64,000 nt of DNA from Dehalococcoidia bacterium (lineage in GTDB: Bacteria; Chloroflexota; Dehalococcoidia; Plut-88900), in the NCBI GenBank assembly GCA_963668115.1, contig OY764147.1, positions 2,317,761 to 2,381,760 of the forward strand. Direction: 5' to 3'. The translations under genes and the position numbers were made by a program. This document shows, piece after piece, positions 17,884 through 26,820 of the stretch; position 1 is the stretch's first letter; each line of letters begins with the position of its first letter. Below the pieces are notes generated by a model that did no database searches, was not told the origin of the DNA, and saw nothing but the letters and a program-made list of their open reading frames with translations.

Positions 17884-19230
17884 TCAATAGTCCGCTAGGA
17901 ATACCTCCATCCTCTCGGCCAGGGCATCCAGTTTGAGGCCCAGCCACTTCTCATCAACCAACACTGCCTTTTCCAGCGCAACAGGAGAGGTGGGGAGGTC
18001 GGCTAGGACCTCTGGTGCTACGCGCTCAGGCCCCAATGGTAGCGCATGGAGATTCAAGGGTCCGTAGGGAATGTAGTTTGAAATCTCTACGTTAATCTCG
18101 GGGTGCCCCGTCCAAGCAATGAATAGTTCGGCCAGAGTCTTGTTCGGAGACCCTTTCGGGATATAGAACACATTGGCCTGGGTAACGTGTCCACATTCGT
18201 AGCAGTAGTGGATGTTGTTTCCGCCCGGTTCCCTCTGAATATTCCGTATCCGGTAGTTCCATGCCGTGCACATGTCAACTTCATCGTTCATCAGGCCTGA
18301 CGGGCAGTCGGTGCCCCCCGACCACCAGAACTGGATGTGGGGCTTGATCTGTTCCAGCTTTTCGAAAGATTGGTGTATCTGTTCAGGGGTGAGCTTGGCT
18401 GTAGATGTCCGACCATCGACAGTGTTCAGAATATCCGGCCTTCGGGCGAAGTGGGCAAAGAATATGTTTTCGTTCACCCTTCTACCCATCCACCTGGTGC
18501 CCGGAAAGTTCTCAACGTCCCAGAAAGCAGTCCAGTCGTTCGGCTTCTTGCCATCCCACAAAGTGTCGATCTTATCCTTTCTATAGGCGAGACCTGTGGA
18601 CCAGACCATCCCTCCACCACCACTCCACGGTGATATAGTCACTTCAGGATAACCGGTCAAGTATCCGTAGTGGATCGCCGGTGTTAGTTCTTCCAGATCC
18701 CCTGTAGGGCCGAGTTGCCATACAGCCCTCATGCCAGAGTCTCCGATGTCCCAGTTCATGTTTCCGGTTTCCAACCTCAAGCGGACCTTGGAGTCCTCAA
18801 CGGGGCTGTCTTCAATTATCTCAATCCCGAACTTCTCTTGGAAGGGCAGGAAGTAAGCCTGTCGCTGGGCTGCTTGATAAGAACCACCCCAGGAGACCAC
18901 AGTCAGACTCCGGCCCCTGTAGTTGGCCAGTTCCGCCTCAATATCCTGGAGGGTGGCGGGATTTTCCGCCGTCCATTGATGCCGAGGCTGAGGCTCGCTA
19001 GTGGGTGGTGGCGTCGGAGTGGGAATTGGCGTAACAGTCGGGGGTGGGATGGGCGTAGGTGTTTGAACAGGCGTCGAAATACTTATAGGCGGGGTGGCAG
19101 TCAGCAAGGCTTGCTCCACGGCAGTCTGGACGGCAGAGCCTGCGTCCTGGGTAGGGGGTGGAGCTTCCACAGTGCCGGAGCACGCGGCAAACGCGACCAG
19201 CAGGGCTATCGCCGCAGCCACAAATTTCAT
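17884..19230 (-). CDS. extracellular solute-binding lipoprotein (ABC transporter substrate-binding protein, family-1 like) with a Pro/Thr-rich stalk
   Basis: Signal sequence plus AFAACSG lipobox and a PTPIPPPTVTPIPTPTPPPT linker. The mature domain resembles PotD/iron-type periplasmic-binding proteins (LTVVSWGGSYQAAQ...). Confidence 0.6.
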   Translation of the reverse strand: MKFVAAAIALLVAFAACSGTVEAPPPTQDAGSAVQTAVEQALLTATPPISISTPVQTPTPIPPPTVTPIPTPTPPPTSEPQPRHQWTAENPATLQDIEAELANYRGRSLTVVSWGGSYQAAQRQAYFLPFQEKFGIEIIEDSPVEDSKVRLRLETGNMNWDIGDSGMRAVWQLGPTGDLEELTPAIHYGYLTGYPEVTISPWSGGGGMVWSTGLAYRKDKIDTLWDGKKPNDWTAFWDVENFPGTRWMGRRVNENIFFAHFARRPDILNTVDGRTSTAKLTPEQIHQSFEKLEQIKPHIQFWWSGGTDCPSGLMNDEVDMCTAWNYRIRNIQREPGGNNIHYCYECGHVTQANVFYIPKGSPNKTLAELFIAWTGHPEINVEISNYIPYGPLNLHALPLGPERVAPEVLADLPTSPVALEKAVLVDEKWLGLKLDALAERMEVFLADY

Positions 19231-19862
19231 CGGCCCACCCTACCCCCGCCCCCCACACCCGTCAACCAATCCCCAAAAACCCGCCCCCAAAAACCCTTGC
19301 TTTCTATTATATTCGTGCTAAACTGTCTGCGGTTCGAACTACTATTCATAATCAAAGGAGGTACACCAACACCCAGGGAAGCCCACCCGACCCCACACGG
19401 GTTCCGTGCCCCTTCCCTAACCCCCAGGCGATGGAAGGTCCATCGACTCTATGCGGCATCAGGCCTCTATATCGACGCCCTTGCCGATACGACGCCCCTC
19501 ACCCGGGCGTATACGCCTCGCCGACTTAACCCCCGCCGAGGAATTCCGCGAGTCTTTCACTCGTTATGCAGGGCCTTAGCGCCCTTATGCGGCTCCACCC
19601 GCCCACGGCGGCTTCGAGCCGATATGCCGTCCCGTTCAGCGGTCGAGCGCTGATGCGGAGGACGGATGTCCCCACGCAGAGACGCCCTCGACACCGGCAA
19701 GTCTCCCAAGGCATGCGTGAAGGGAAAGGCAGGACAACCGCCGATGCTGCCAGCGTCGGCGTAGGTGCCATCGAGATCCTGCATCCGAGTCCCGGACCTC
19801 CATCGCCTACCCAAACCCCACAACCAAACAACCTCTCCCCCACCCTCATCCCCTCCCCTCTC

Positions 19863-20086
19863 CGTAGGGGCGACCGGCTGGGCGCCCTCCCCGGTGTGGG
19901 GTGGGGGGTTCCTTCCCCGTTCCTTAAACAATCAAAGCCGTGCCTGAAATTGCAAAACAATCAAAAACCCACCCCTCGCGCCACGCGAATTCCCCAGAAA
20001 TCCCTTTCAGGCGTCATTCAATCAAAACAGCTACGAGTTCAATCAATCTTCAATCAACGTTCAATCAATGTTCAATCAAAACCCCA
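19863..20086. repeat. left arm of a long imperfect inverted repeat (core about 225 bp at about 90% identity with 25436-25642; weaker similarity extends to about 19700). Contains 5 tandem TTCAATCAA motifs.
   Basis: The reverse complement of 25436-25642 aligns base by base (…ggtgtggggtggggggttccttccccgttccttaaacaatcaaagccgtgcctgaaat…ttcaatcaa…). The shadow ORFs here are shared with those of the right arm. Confidence 0.85.
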
Positions 20087-20233
20087 CCCGAACAAGCGCA
20101 CCAAATTGACACCTCCACCTCCCCACTATAGAATAAAGGCCGCTTTTGGGAGGAATCACCATCAGTCTTGTGCCTTTACGCGCGGCGTCGCGCCCCGCCA
20201 ACGGCACGCCCCCATAGCTACAGGAGGTCGATA

Positions 20234-21379
20234 ATGGCAGATCTGTCCCGTATGGCCGCTATCGTCGGCGTCGACGAGTCCGACGAAATAGGCAAGGTAC
20301 CCAACAAGTCCCGCCTCCAGCTAGGCTCGGAGGCCGCATTCAACGCCCTCGACGACGCCGGCCTATCGCTATCGGACGTCGACGGGCTCTTCGTCGCAGG
20401 CCCGTCTCCCTATAACATGGCCGAATACCTGGGCATCACCCCCAGGTACACCGACGGCACCAACGTCGGCGGCTCTTCCTTCGTCATATACGTTGAGCAC
20501 GCCCTCGCCGCCATCAGCGCCGGCCTCATCGACGTTGCCCTCATCGTTCACGGCGAAGCGGGGCGAAGCTCTCGGGCCTACGCCGGCGACGACCCCAACA
20601 TGCCCATCGCCCAGTACGAGCACCCCTACGGCCTCGTCATCGAGCCCCACCCCTACGCCCTTGCCGCCACCCGCTACATGCACGAGTTCGGCCAGGAACG
20701 CACCCAGAACGCCTTGGGCGAGATCGCCGTTTCGACCCGAAAGTGGGCCCAGCTCAACCCCAAGTCCTTCATCAAGGACGACATGTCCATGGAGGACTAC
20801 CACGAGTCCCGGTGGATATCCTGGCCCTTCCACCTCTTCGACTGCTGCCTGGTTACCGACGGCGGCGGCGCCACGGTAATCACCTCCGCGGCGGTGGCCA
20901 AGAACACCAAGAAGAAGCCCGTCTGGGTCCTGGGTACCGCCGAGGGCCACGATCACGGCGAGGGAATCCTCCAGCAGGCCGACCTCTGCTCCACCATCGC
21001 CAGGGAGACCGGGCCCCGGGCCCTCGAAATGGCAGGGCTCAAGCACTCCGACATAGACCTCGCCATGATCTACGACTCCTTCACCTACACCGTCCTCATC
21101 ACCCTGGAGTCCCTCGGATTCTGCGGCCGCGGTGAAGGCCCCGATTTCGTCGCCAACCAGCGCACCGCCCCCGGCGGCGACTTCCCGATGAACACCAACG
21201 GTGGCGGCCTCTCCTACTGCCACACCGGCATGTACGGCATGTTCCTTCTCCTGGAAGCCACCCGACAGTTGAGAGGCGAGTGCGGAGACCGTCAGGTCGC
21301 CGGCGCCAAGACCTCCCTGGTCAACGGTACCGGAGGCACCCTCTCCTCCACAGGCACCATAGTCCTCGCCGCCGATTAG
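20234..21379 (+). CDS. thiolase-like protein (SCP-x/lipid-transfer-protein-type thiolase), paralogue 1. The true start is the ATG at 20234, preceded by CAGGAGG.
   Basis: N-terminus MADLSRMAAIVGVDESDEIGKV. Thiolase-like architecture, paired with a downstream DUF35 gene. Confidence 0.8.
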   Translation: MADLSRMAAIVGVDESDEIGKVPNKSRLQLGSEAAFNALDDAGLSLSDVDGLFVAGPSPYNMAEYLGITPRYTDGTNVGGSSFVIYVEHALAAISAGLIDVALIVHGEAGRSSRAYAGDDPNMPIAQYEHPYGLVIEPHPYALAATRYMHEFGQERTQNALGEIAVSTRKWAQLNPKSFIKDDMSMEDYHESRWISWPFHLFDCCLVTDGGGATVITSAAVAKNTKKKPVWVLGTAEGHDHGEGILQQADLCSTIARETGPRALEMAGLKHSDIDLAMIYDSFTYTVLITLESLGFCGRGEGPDFVANQRTAPGGDFPMNTNGGGLSYCHTGMYGMFLLLEATRQLRGECGDRQVAGAKTSLVNGTGGTLSSTGTIVLAAD

Positions 21380-21413
21380 TAACCAGTGAGCTACTTCGAA
21401 AGAGGTGATTGAT

Positions 21414-21824
21414 ATGGCAGACTACAACCTTCCCGTCCCCGTACCCCAGCCCGAGTCCGACTTCTACTGGGAAAAAGCCAAGGCCCACGAACTCTGGTTT
21501 CGCAAGTGCAACGAATGCGATAAGGTCTTCTTCTACCCCAGAGACTTCTGCCCCGGCTACCACTGCAAGGACGTTACCTGGGTCCAGAGCAGCGGCAAGG
21601 GCACCATCTACGCCTTCACCATAGTCCACCGCTCCCCGCCTCCCTTCCGTGAGGTGTGCCCTTACGTGGCAGCCGTCGTGGAACTCGAAGAAGGCCCCAG
21701 GATGCCCACCAACATCGTCATCGACGACCCGACTCCCGAGAACGTCTCCATCGGCATGCCCGTCGAGGTCATCTTCGACGACATAACCGACGAAATTTCC
21801 CTGCCCAAGTTCAAACCCGTCTAG
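21414..21824 (+). CDS. DUF35 family protein (Zn-ribbon + OB-fold), the usual partner of SCP-x-type thiolases
   Basis: CNECDKVFFYPRDFCPGYHC rubredoxin-like zinc ribbon followed by an OB-fold region. RBS AGAGGTGATTGAT upstream. Confidence 0.8.
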   Translation: MADYNLPVPVPQPESDFYWEKAKAHELWFRKCNECDKVFFYPRDFCPGYHCKDVTWVQSSGKGTIYAFTIVHRSPPPFREVCPYVAAVVELEEGPRMPTNIVIDDPTPENVSIGMPVEVIFDDITDEISLPKFKPV

Positions 21825-21856
21825 CTCCCGGGCCGGTGCAACTGAGGAGGTCCCTA

Positions 21857-23002
21857 ATGGCTGACCTTTCGCGAAAAGCCGCCATCGTCGGCGTCGACGA
21901 GTCTAACGAGATAGGCAAGGTACCCAACAAGTCCCGCCTCCAGTTGGGCTCGGAGGCCGCTTTCAACGCCCTCGATGATGCCGGCCTCTCCCTCTCTGAC
22001 GTCGACGGGCTATTCGTCGCAGGCCCTTCCCCCTATAACATGGCCGAATATCTGGGCATCACCCCTAGGTACACCGACGGCACCAACGTCGGCGGCTCTT
22101 CCTTCGTCATCTACGTGGAGCACGCCCTGGCAGCCATCAGCGCCGGCCTCATCGACGTGGCCCTGATAGTCCACGGCGAGGCCGGTCGCAGCTCTCGGGC
22201 CTACGCAGGGGACGACCCCAACATGCCCGGCGCCCAGTACGAGGACCCCTACGGCCTCGTCATCGCTCCCCACGGTTACGCCTTGGCTTGCAGCCGTTAC
22301 ATGCACGAGTTCGGCGAAGAGCGTACCCGTGACGCCCTCGCCGAAATAGCCGTCGCCACCCGCAAGTGGGCCCAACTCAACCCCAAGGCCTTCATGCAGG
22401 ATGACATGACCATCCAGGACTACCACGAGTCCCGGTGGATATCCTGGCCCTTCCACCTCTTCGACTGCTGTCTCGTCACCGACGGCGGCGGCGCCACCGT
22501 CGTCACCTCAGCCGCCGTGGCCAAGAACACCAGGAAGAAGCCGGTCTGGATTCTAGGCTCCGCCGAAGGCCACGACCACGGAGACGGCATCCTCCAGCAG
22601 GCGGACCTCTGCTCCACCATCGCCCGGGAGACCGGGCCCCGAGCCTTGGGCATGGCCGGCCTCACCCACGACGACATCGACCTCGCCATGATCTACGACT
22701 CCTTCACCTACACCGTCCTCATCACCCTGGAATCCCTCGGCTTCTGTGGCCGCGGCGAGGGGCCGGAGTTCGTGGCCAACCAGCGCACCGCCCCCGGCGG
22801 CGACTTCCCGATGAACACCAACGGCGGAGGTCTCTCCTACTGCCACACCGGCATGTACGGCATGTTCCTCCTCCTCGAAGCCGCCCGGCAGCTTAGAGGC
22901 GAGGGTGGAGACCGCCAGGTGAAGGACGCCAAGACCTGCCTGGTCAACGGCACCGGCGGCACCCTGTCCTCCACCGGCACCCTCGTCCTGGCCTCGGACT
23001 AG
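21857..23002 (+). CDS. thiolase-like protein, paralogue 2. Start is the ATG at 21857, preceded by GAGGAGG; the annotated ORF 21656-23002 carries a spurious N-terminal extension.
   Basis: Its first 130 aa or more are nearly identical to paralogue 1 (MADLSRKAAIVGVDESNEIGKVPNKSRLQLGSEAAFNALDDAGLSLSDVDGLFVAGPSPYNMAEYLGITPRYTDGTNVGGSSFVIYVEHALAAISAGLIDVALIVHGEAGRSSRAYAGDDPNMP). Confidence 0.8.
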   Translation: MADLSRKAAIVGVDESNEIGKVPNKSRLQLGSEAAFNALDDAGLSLSDVDGLFVAGPSPYNMAEYLGITPRYTDGTNVGGSSFVIYVEHALAAISAGLIDVALIVHGEAGRSSRAYAGDDPNMPGAQYEDPYGLVIAPHGYALACSRYMHEFGEERTRDALAEIAVATRKWAQLNPKAFMQDDMTIQDYHESRWISWPFHLFDCCLVTDGGGATVVTSAAVAKNTRKKPVWILGSAEGHDHGDGILQQADLCSTIARETGPRALGMAGLTHDDIDLAMIYDSFTYTVLITLESLGFCGRGEGPEFVANQRTAPGGDFPMNTNGGGLSYCHTGMYGMFLLLEAARQLRGEGGDRQVKDAKTCLVNGTGGTLSSTGTLVLASD

Positions 23003-23020
23003 CCTTTCAGCCAGGAAACG

Positions 23021-23056
23021 AAAGAGGGGGAGTGCGCTTTCGCACCCCTTCTTTGT
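23021..23056. terminator. bidirectional rho-independent terminator between the convergent thiolase and LON-N genes
   Basis: aaagagGGGGGaGTGCGctttCGCACCCCttcttt: a GC-rich hairpin flanked by an A-tract and a T-tract. Confidence 0.5.
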
Positions 23057-23084
23057 TACGTGCTGGATTTCGTTGGGAGCCGGG

Positions 23085-23777
23085 TCAGTTCAGGGAGAAC
23101 CGGGGCCGGTCAGAGGAGTCGTCCTTCTTGCCGCCCCGGGCTTCTTTCTTTCGCTTCTCTGCAAGGAAGAGCTCCAGGCTCAGATTGGTGGATTGGAGGA
23201 GTTTCAGTTCTTCTTCGAGGCGCACCTTTGCCGTAGGAGCTTCCAGGAGACCCTGCTTCTCCCGTGGCCCGGCCATGAGCTCGGCGGCCACGGTGTATGA
23301 CAGCCTCTCGGGGTCCCGGTCAAGCTCCACCGTCCCGTCTCCGCCACCACGCAGGGACGTCAATAGCGACATGTAGGTGCGGAAGTGGCGGACAACTCTG
23401 CTGGTTAGCTCGCCGGGGGTTGGCTCTTCGGTCCTTTCGAGCAGCTCAACCCGGCCTACCATGTAGGGCGTTATCTGCTGGACATCGACTATACGGAACA
23501 CGTCCTGGCCTATGGCGCTCAGGTGCATCCTTCCCTGGCCCTGGGGCACGACGTCGGTGATCCGCGCCAAGGTTCCCACCTCGAAGGGGATGGCCGATCC
23601 GCCCACCTCTTTCCCCTCCCTGATCAGCGCCACCCCGAAGGTCTTGTCTCCCTCCAGGCATTTTTGCATCATCAGCTTGTACCGCTCTTCGAATATGCGA
23701 AGAGGAAGGGCCATGCCGGGATAGAGGACAACGTTGAGCGGGAACAGGGGAAGGTCTATGGGCTCGCCGTCCGGCAT
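23085..23777 (-). CDS. LON N-terminal (substrate-binding) domain-containing protein
   Basis: N-terminus LPLFPLNVVLYPGMALPLRIFEERYK is the hallmark LON-N motif. There is no ATPase or protease domain. Confidence 0.7.
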   Translation of the reverse strand: MPDGEPIDLPLFPLNVVLYPGMALPLRIFEERYKLMMQKCLEGDKTFGVALIREGKEVGGSAIPFEVGTLARITDVVPQGQGRMHLSAIGQDVFRIVDVQQITPYMVGRVELLERTEEPTPGELTSRVVRHFRTYMSLLTSLRGGGDGTVELDRDPERLSYTVAAELMAGPREKQGLLEAPTAKVRLEEELKLLQSTNLSLELFLAEKRKKEARGGKKDDSSDRPRFSLN

Positions 23778-23780
23778 GGG

Positions 23781-24257
23781 TTAACCCTGCGCCGCCGACC
23801 CCGACGCCTCACGCTCCGGCATCCGCTTGCCGATTTCCCCCTCTATGAAGGAGAAGTCCTCTTCCGAAAACAGGTGGACGTTGCCCTGGAAGGCCAGGTG
23901 CCAGTGCTGGGGTGGCCACCTCTTGACGTACTCAAGGTGCGGGACTATGGACTTGGCGTCCACGTAGGTCCCGGGCTCCAGGATGAGGTCGGGCTTGATT
24001 CCGAAGCGGAAGGGGTATTCCTCGCCCTTCTTCTTGCTGTTCCAGATCGGGGCGCGGTCTTCGTAGTAGGGGGAGGTTATGGTCGCCGTGCCGCCGAACT
24101 GCTGAACGCCGGTCAGGTAGTAGAGGACCCGATCCCCGGGCTCCATGCGCTCGGCCTTCTTCCGGTGCCGGCTCTTGATTCCCTGCAACTCGAACCCGAG
24201 CTCCCGAGAAATCTCGAAGTTCTCTGCAGAGCTTACGATCATCCAGTAATTGGGCAT
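23781..24257 (-). CDS. EVE/PUA-like domain protein (tentative)
   Basis: The N-terminal NYWM... opening and GDRVLYY pattern are reminiscent of EVE domains. This is a weak call. Confidence 0.4.
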   Translation of the reverse strand: MPNYWMIVSSAENFEISRELGFELQGIKSRHRKKAERMEPGDRVLYYLTGVQQFGGTATITSPYYEDRAPIWNSKKKGEEYPFRFGIKPDLILEPGTYVDAKSIVPHLEYVKRWPPQHWHLAFQGNVHLFSEEDFSFIEGEIGKRMPEREASGSAAQG

Positions 24258-24296
24258 AGCTGATAAATCTCCTTCTTCGAGGTTGTCCCGGCCCTG

Positions 24297-25337
24297 CTAG
24301 CCGCCGATGTGGTACATCTCCACCTTCCTGGCCCGGCTCCCGGCTAACGACGCCCGCTCCTCCGAATAGCGGTCGGCCCTGCGGGCCCAGATACCCTTGA
24401 TAATGTCGGTGAGGTCATCGTCGGTGGCGCCGGCGCGGAGGGGGCCCCGGAGGTCCTGGCCTTTGGAGGCGAAGAGGCAGGTGTAGACCTTCCCCTCCGC
24501 CGAGATGCGGGCACGAGTGCAGTCACCGCAGAAGGGGTTGCTCACCGAGGATATGACACCGATCTCGCCTTCGCCGTCGGCGTAGCGGTAGCGGTCTGCG
24601 ACTTCGCCGCGGTAGCTCTTGTCGACGGGCTCGAGGGGCATCTCCCGGCCAATGAGGTCGATCACCTGCTGCGAGGTGACCACCTGGTCGGACTCCCACT
24701 GATTCAGGTTGCCTACGTCCATGAACTCGATGAAGCGGAGGATGTGACCCATCTCCTTGACCCGACGGGTGAGGTCGACGATGGTGTGCTCGTTGACGCC
24801 CTTCTGGACGACTACGTTGATCTTGATGGGCGTCAGGCCGGCTTCCTCGGCGGCGCGGATGCCTTCCAGCACCCGTCCCGTCCCGAAACCCCGACCGTTC
24901 ATGTGCCCGAATACCTGGTCGTCCAGGGTATGGAGGCTTACCGTGACCCGCTTCAGGCCGGCATCCCGGAGGGTTTGCGCCTTCCTGGCTAGCAGGTAGC
25001 CGTTGGTGGTCAGGGCCAAGTCCTCCAGCCCTTCGATGGAGGCAAGCTGGCCGACCAGGACTTCCAACTGGTCGCGGAGGAGGGGTTCGCCGCCGGTGAG
25101 GCGTATCTTGCGCACGCCGAGGCCGACGAAGAGCCGGGCAACGCGGCTTATCTCCTCGAAGGTGAGGATGTCGTCTTTGGGCAGGAAGCGGTAGCGCTCG
25201 CCGAATATCTCCGCGGGCATGCAGAAGGTGCATCGGAAGTTGCACCTGTCGGTGACGGATATGCGCAGGTCCCTGAGGGGCCTCCCGAAGAGGTCGAGAA
25301 TGGTGTCGGGCCGGTTTGTGGAAGCGTTGGTACTCAT
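24297..25337 (-). CDS. moaA: GTP 3',8-cyclase MoaA (radical SAM molybdenum cofactor biosynthesis)
   Basis: Radical-SAM motif CNFRCTFCMP. C-terminal MoaA cysteines (CGDCTRARISAEGKVYTCLF). Full length. Confidence 0.9.
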   Translation of the reverse strand: MSTNASTNRPDTILDLFGRPLRDLRISVTDRCNFRCTFCMPAEIFGERYRFLPKDDILTFEEISRVARLFVGLGVRKIRLTGGEPLLRDQLEVLVGQLASIEGLEDLALTTNGYLLARKAQTLRDAGLKRVTVSLHTLDDQVFGHMNGRGFGTGRVLEGIRAAEEAGLTPIKINVVVQKGVNEHTIVDLTRRVKEMGHILRFIEFMDVGNLNQWESDQVVTSQQVIDLIGREMPLEPVDKSYRGEVADRYRYADGEGEIGVISSVSNPFCGDCTRARISAEGKVYTCLFASKGQDLRGPLRAGATDDDLTDIIKGIWARRADRYSEERASLAGSRARKVEMYHIGG

Positions 25338-25435
25338 GCGCCGCAGATGGATAGGCCACCCCTCCCGACTTCCATTCTACCCGCGACCCTCGGGGGTGTA
25401 CAAACGAGGGCACCGGTAGGGCCGGTTAGAGGTGC

Positions 25436-25642
25436 AGGGGGTTTTGATTGAACATTGATTGAACTCGTAGCTGTTTTGATTGAACGACGCCTGAAAGGGA
25501 TTTCCGGGGAATTCGCGTGGTGCAGGGGTGTGGGTTTTTGATTGTTTTGCGATTTCAGGCACGGCTTTGATTGTTTAAGGAACGGGGAAGGAACCCCCCA
25601 CCCCACACCGGGGAGGGCGCCCACGAGGGACGCCCCTACGGG
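25436..25642. repeat. right arm of the long inverted repeat (partner of 19863-20086); contains 3 TTCAATCAA motifs (reverse complement). Weaker similarity extends to about 25830.
   Basis: Direct base-by-base match to the reverse complement of the left arm. Confidence 0.85.
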
Positions 25643-26338
25643 GGAGGAAGAGAGAGGGGCCGGGTTGTTGGGTTGGGGGGTTTGGGTTTGCATTTTGTCT
25701 GTCGGGTTTTGGGTTGGCGATGGAAGACGCTTCCGGGACGCTGCCCCGTTCCTGTGCTTCGGGTTATTCGACGCCCCGGGGCAGGGGCGCCGGCCCGCTT
25801 TTGCCGCTGTGCGGCCTCTGGCCCTAAATACGCTGGACTTGGGCAAGGACCGTAAGGGCCAGCAGGTCCGAGCCATACTCCCTGGGGGGTTGGCTGCACC
25901 GCAGAAGGGCGGTATGGAGGCTCTTCCAGCGTCCGATGCAGAGCCTCTCGCAGGCGTAAAGGTTTCCAAGTTTGCCGGTGCGACCCGGGAGTGCGGGGGA
26001 CCACCGGCACCCGGCCTGATTGAGCGGTCGGGTTACCGAGAAGTCCTCGGCGCCGGGTCTATCCGACCGCACTTCCGCTGCAAAGAGCGGCTTCCTCCCG
26101 AGGGAGGCTTCCCCTGAAAGAGGCCGAGAGGGCGTCTTAGAGGGGCTTCACAATGGAACGTAGCGTCCAGGGCGTCTATCCATCGCCTGGGGGTCAGGGA
26201 AGGGGCACGGGACCCGTGTGGGGTCGGGTGGGCTTCCCTGGGTTTTTGGTGTTCCTCCTTAGGTCAGTGAGAATATCTGGTCGACCGTAGGGTATGATAA
26301 CGCCTTTGCTCAGATGTGTCAAGCAAATGTACGGGTTG

Positions 26339-26387
26339 GGAAGGAATTCCCCCGATTCCTCGCGGGGCATAGGGATGACATGGGGGT
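26339..26387. repeat. partial copy of the hairpin-repeat family (shares gattcctcgcggggcat with the copy at 28330-28346)
   Basis: Sequence identity to part of the 28258-28356 element. Confidence 0.5.
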
Positions 26388-26440
26388 TGGGGGTGGGGCT
26401 AGGGAAGGGGGTGTAGTGCTAGGATGCAGGTGATTATTCA

Positions 26441-26510
26441 GGAGGGATGGATTACCACCTCCGTGGGAATGATCCGCCATAGGCGGACAGGCTCCCCTCG
26501 GGGGTGGGGA
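26441..26510. repeat. hairpin-repeat family copy: GGAGGGATGGATTaCCAC-CTCC-GTGGGAAT palindrome, plus CCGCCataGGCGG and CCCCtcGGGG hairpins
   Basis: Three consecutive short palindromes. The same unit recurs at 26564-26724 and 28258-28356. Confidence 0.6.
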
Positions 26511-26563
26511 GGGGGGACGGGGTTGGAGTGACGGAAGATGGGAAGGGTGGGTTGCGGGGTTGT

Positions 26564-26724
26564 GGGTGAGTGTTTCGGAGGGATGGATTCCCACCTCCGT
26601 GGGAATGACGGATTAAAGGGGCGGGAATGATCCGCCATAGGCGGACAGGCTACCCTCGAGGGTGGGGGCCGCCCTGCCCCGCCCCGCGGGATGGATTCCC
26701 GACTACTCGGGAATGACGGAGGGG
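26564..26724. repeat. hairpin-repeat family, compound copy (two GGATGGATTCC-N-GGAATGAC units, with stems CCCAC/GTGGG and CCCGA/TCGGG)
   Basis: The GGGTGAGTGTTTCGGAGGGATGGATTCCCACCTCCGTGGGAATGACGGA core matches 28258-28304 except for compensatory stem changes. Confidence 0.6.
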
Positions 26725-26820
26725 AGGGGATTTTTGGTTGTATGGTGCGTTTAGAATGTACGGGAGGGGGTGATATGGAAATCAGGGGGAGGGAGAGAAG
26801 TGAAGACGGTTATCAGAGAA

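Noticed and set aside
19566-20234. ORFs 19566-20234 (+) and 25334-25969 (-) with similar protein sequences
   Set aside because: The similarity is explained entirely by both lying within the two arms of the non-coding inverted repeat. The translations are proline-rich low complexity with tandem-repeat artefacts.
21656-21856. N-terminal extensions of ORF 21656-23002 (and likewise 54048-54407 and 20168-20233)
   Set aside because: The extensions are Arg/His-rich nonsense overlapping the upstream gene. Conserved N-termini with strong RBSs occur at internal ATGs (21857, 54408, 20234).
25640-26770. Quick visual check of the long non-coding stretch for RNase P, SRP (4.5S), tmRNA and cobalamin-riboswitch signatures
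   Set aside because: I could not find the diagnostic conserved blocks (GGAAAGUCCGG/ACAGAAA, GGUCCGGAAGGAAGCAGCC, the tRNA-like CCACCA end, or a B12 box GCCACUG) on either strand. The region remains unexplained, and a proper covariance-model scan is still warranted.
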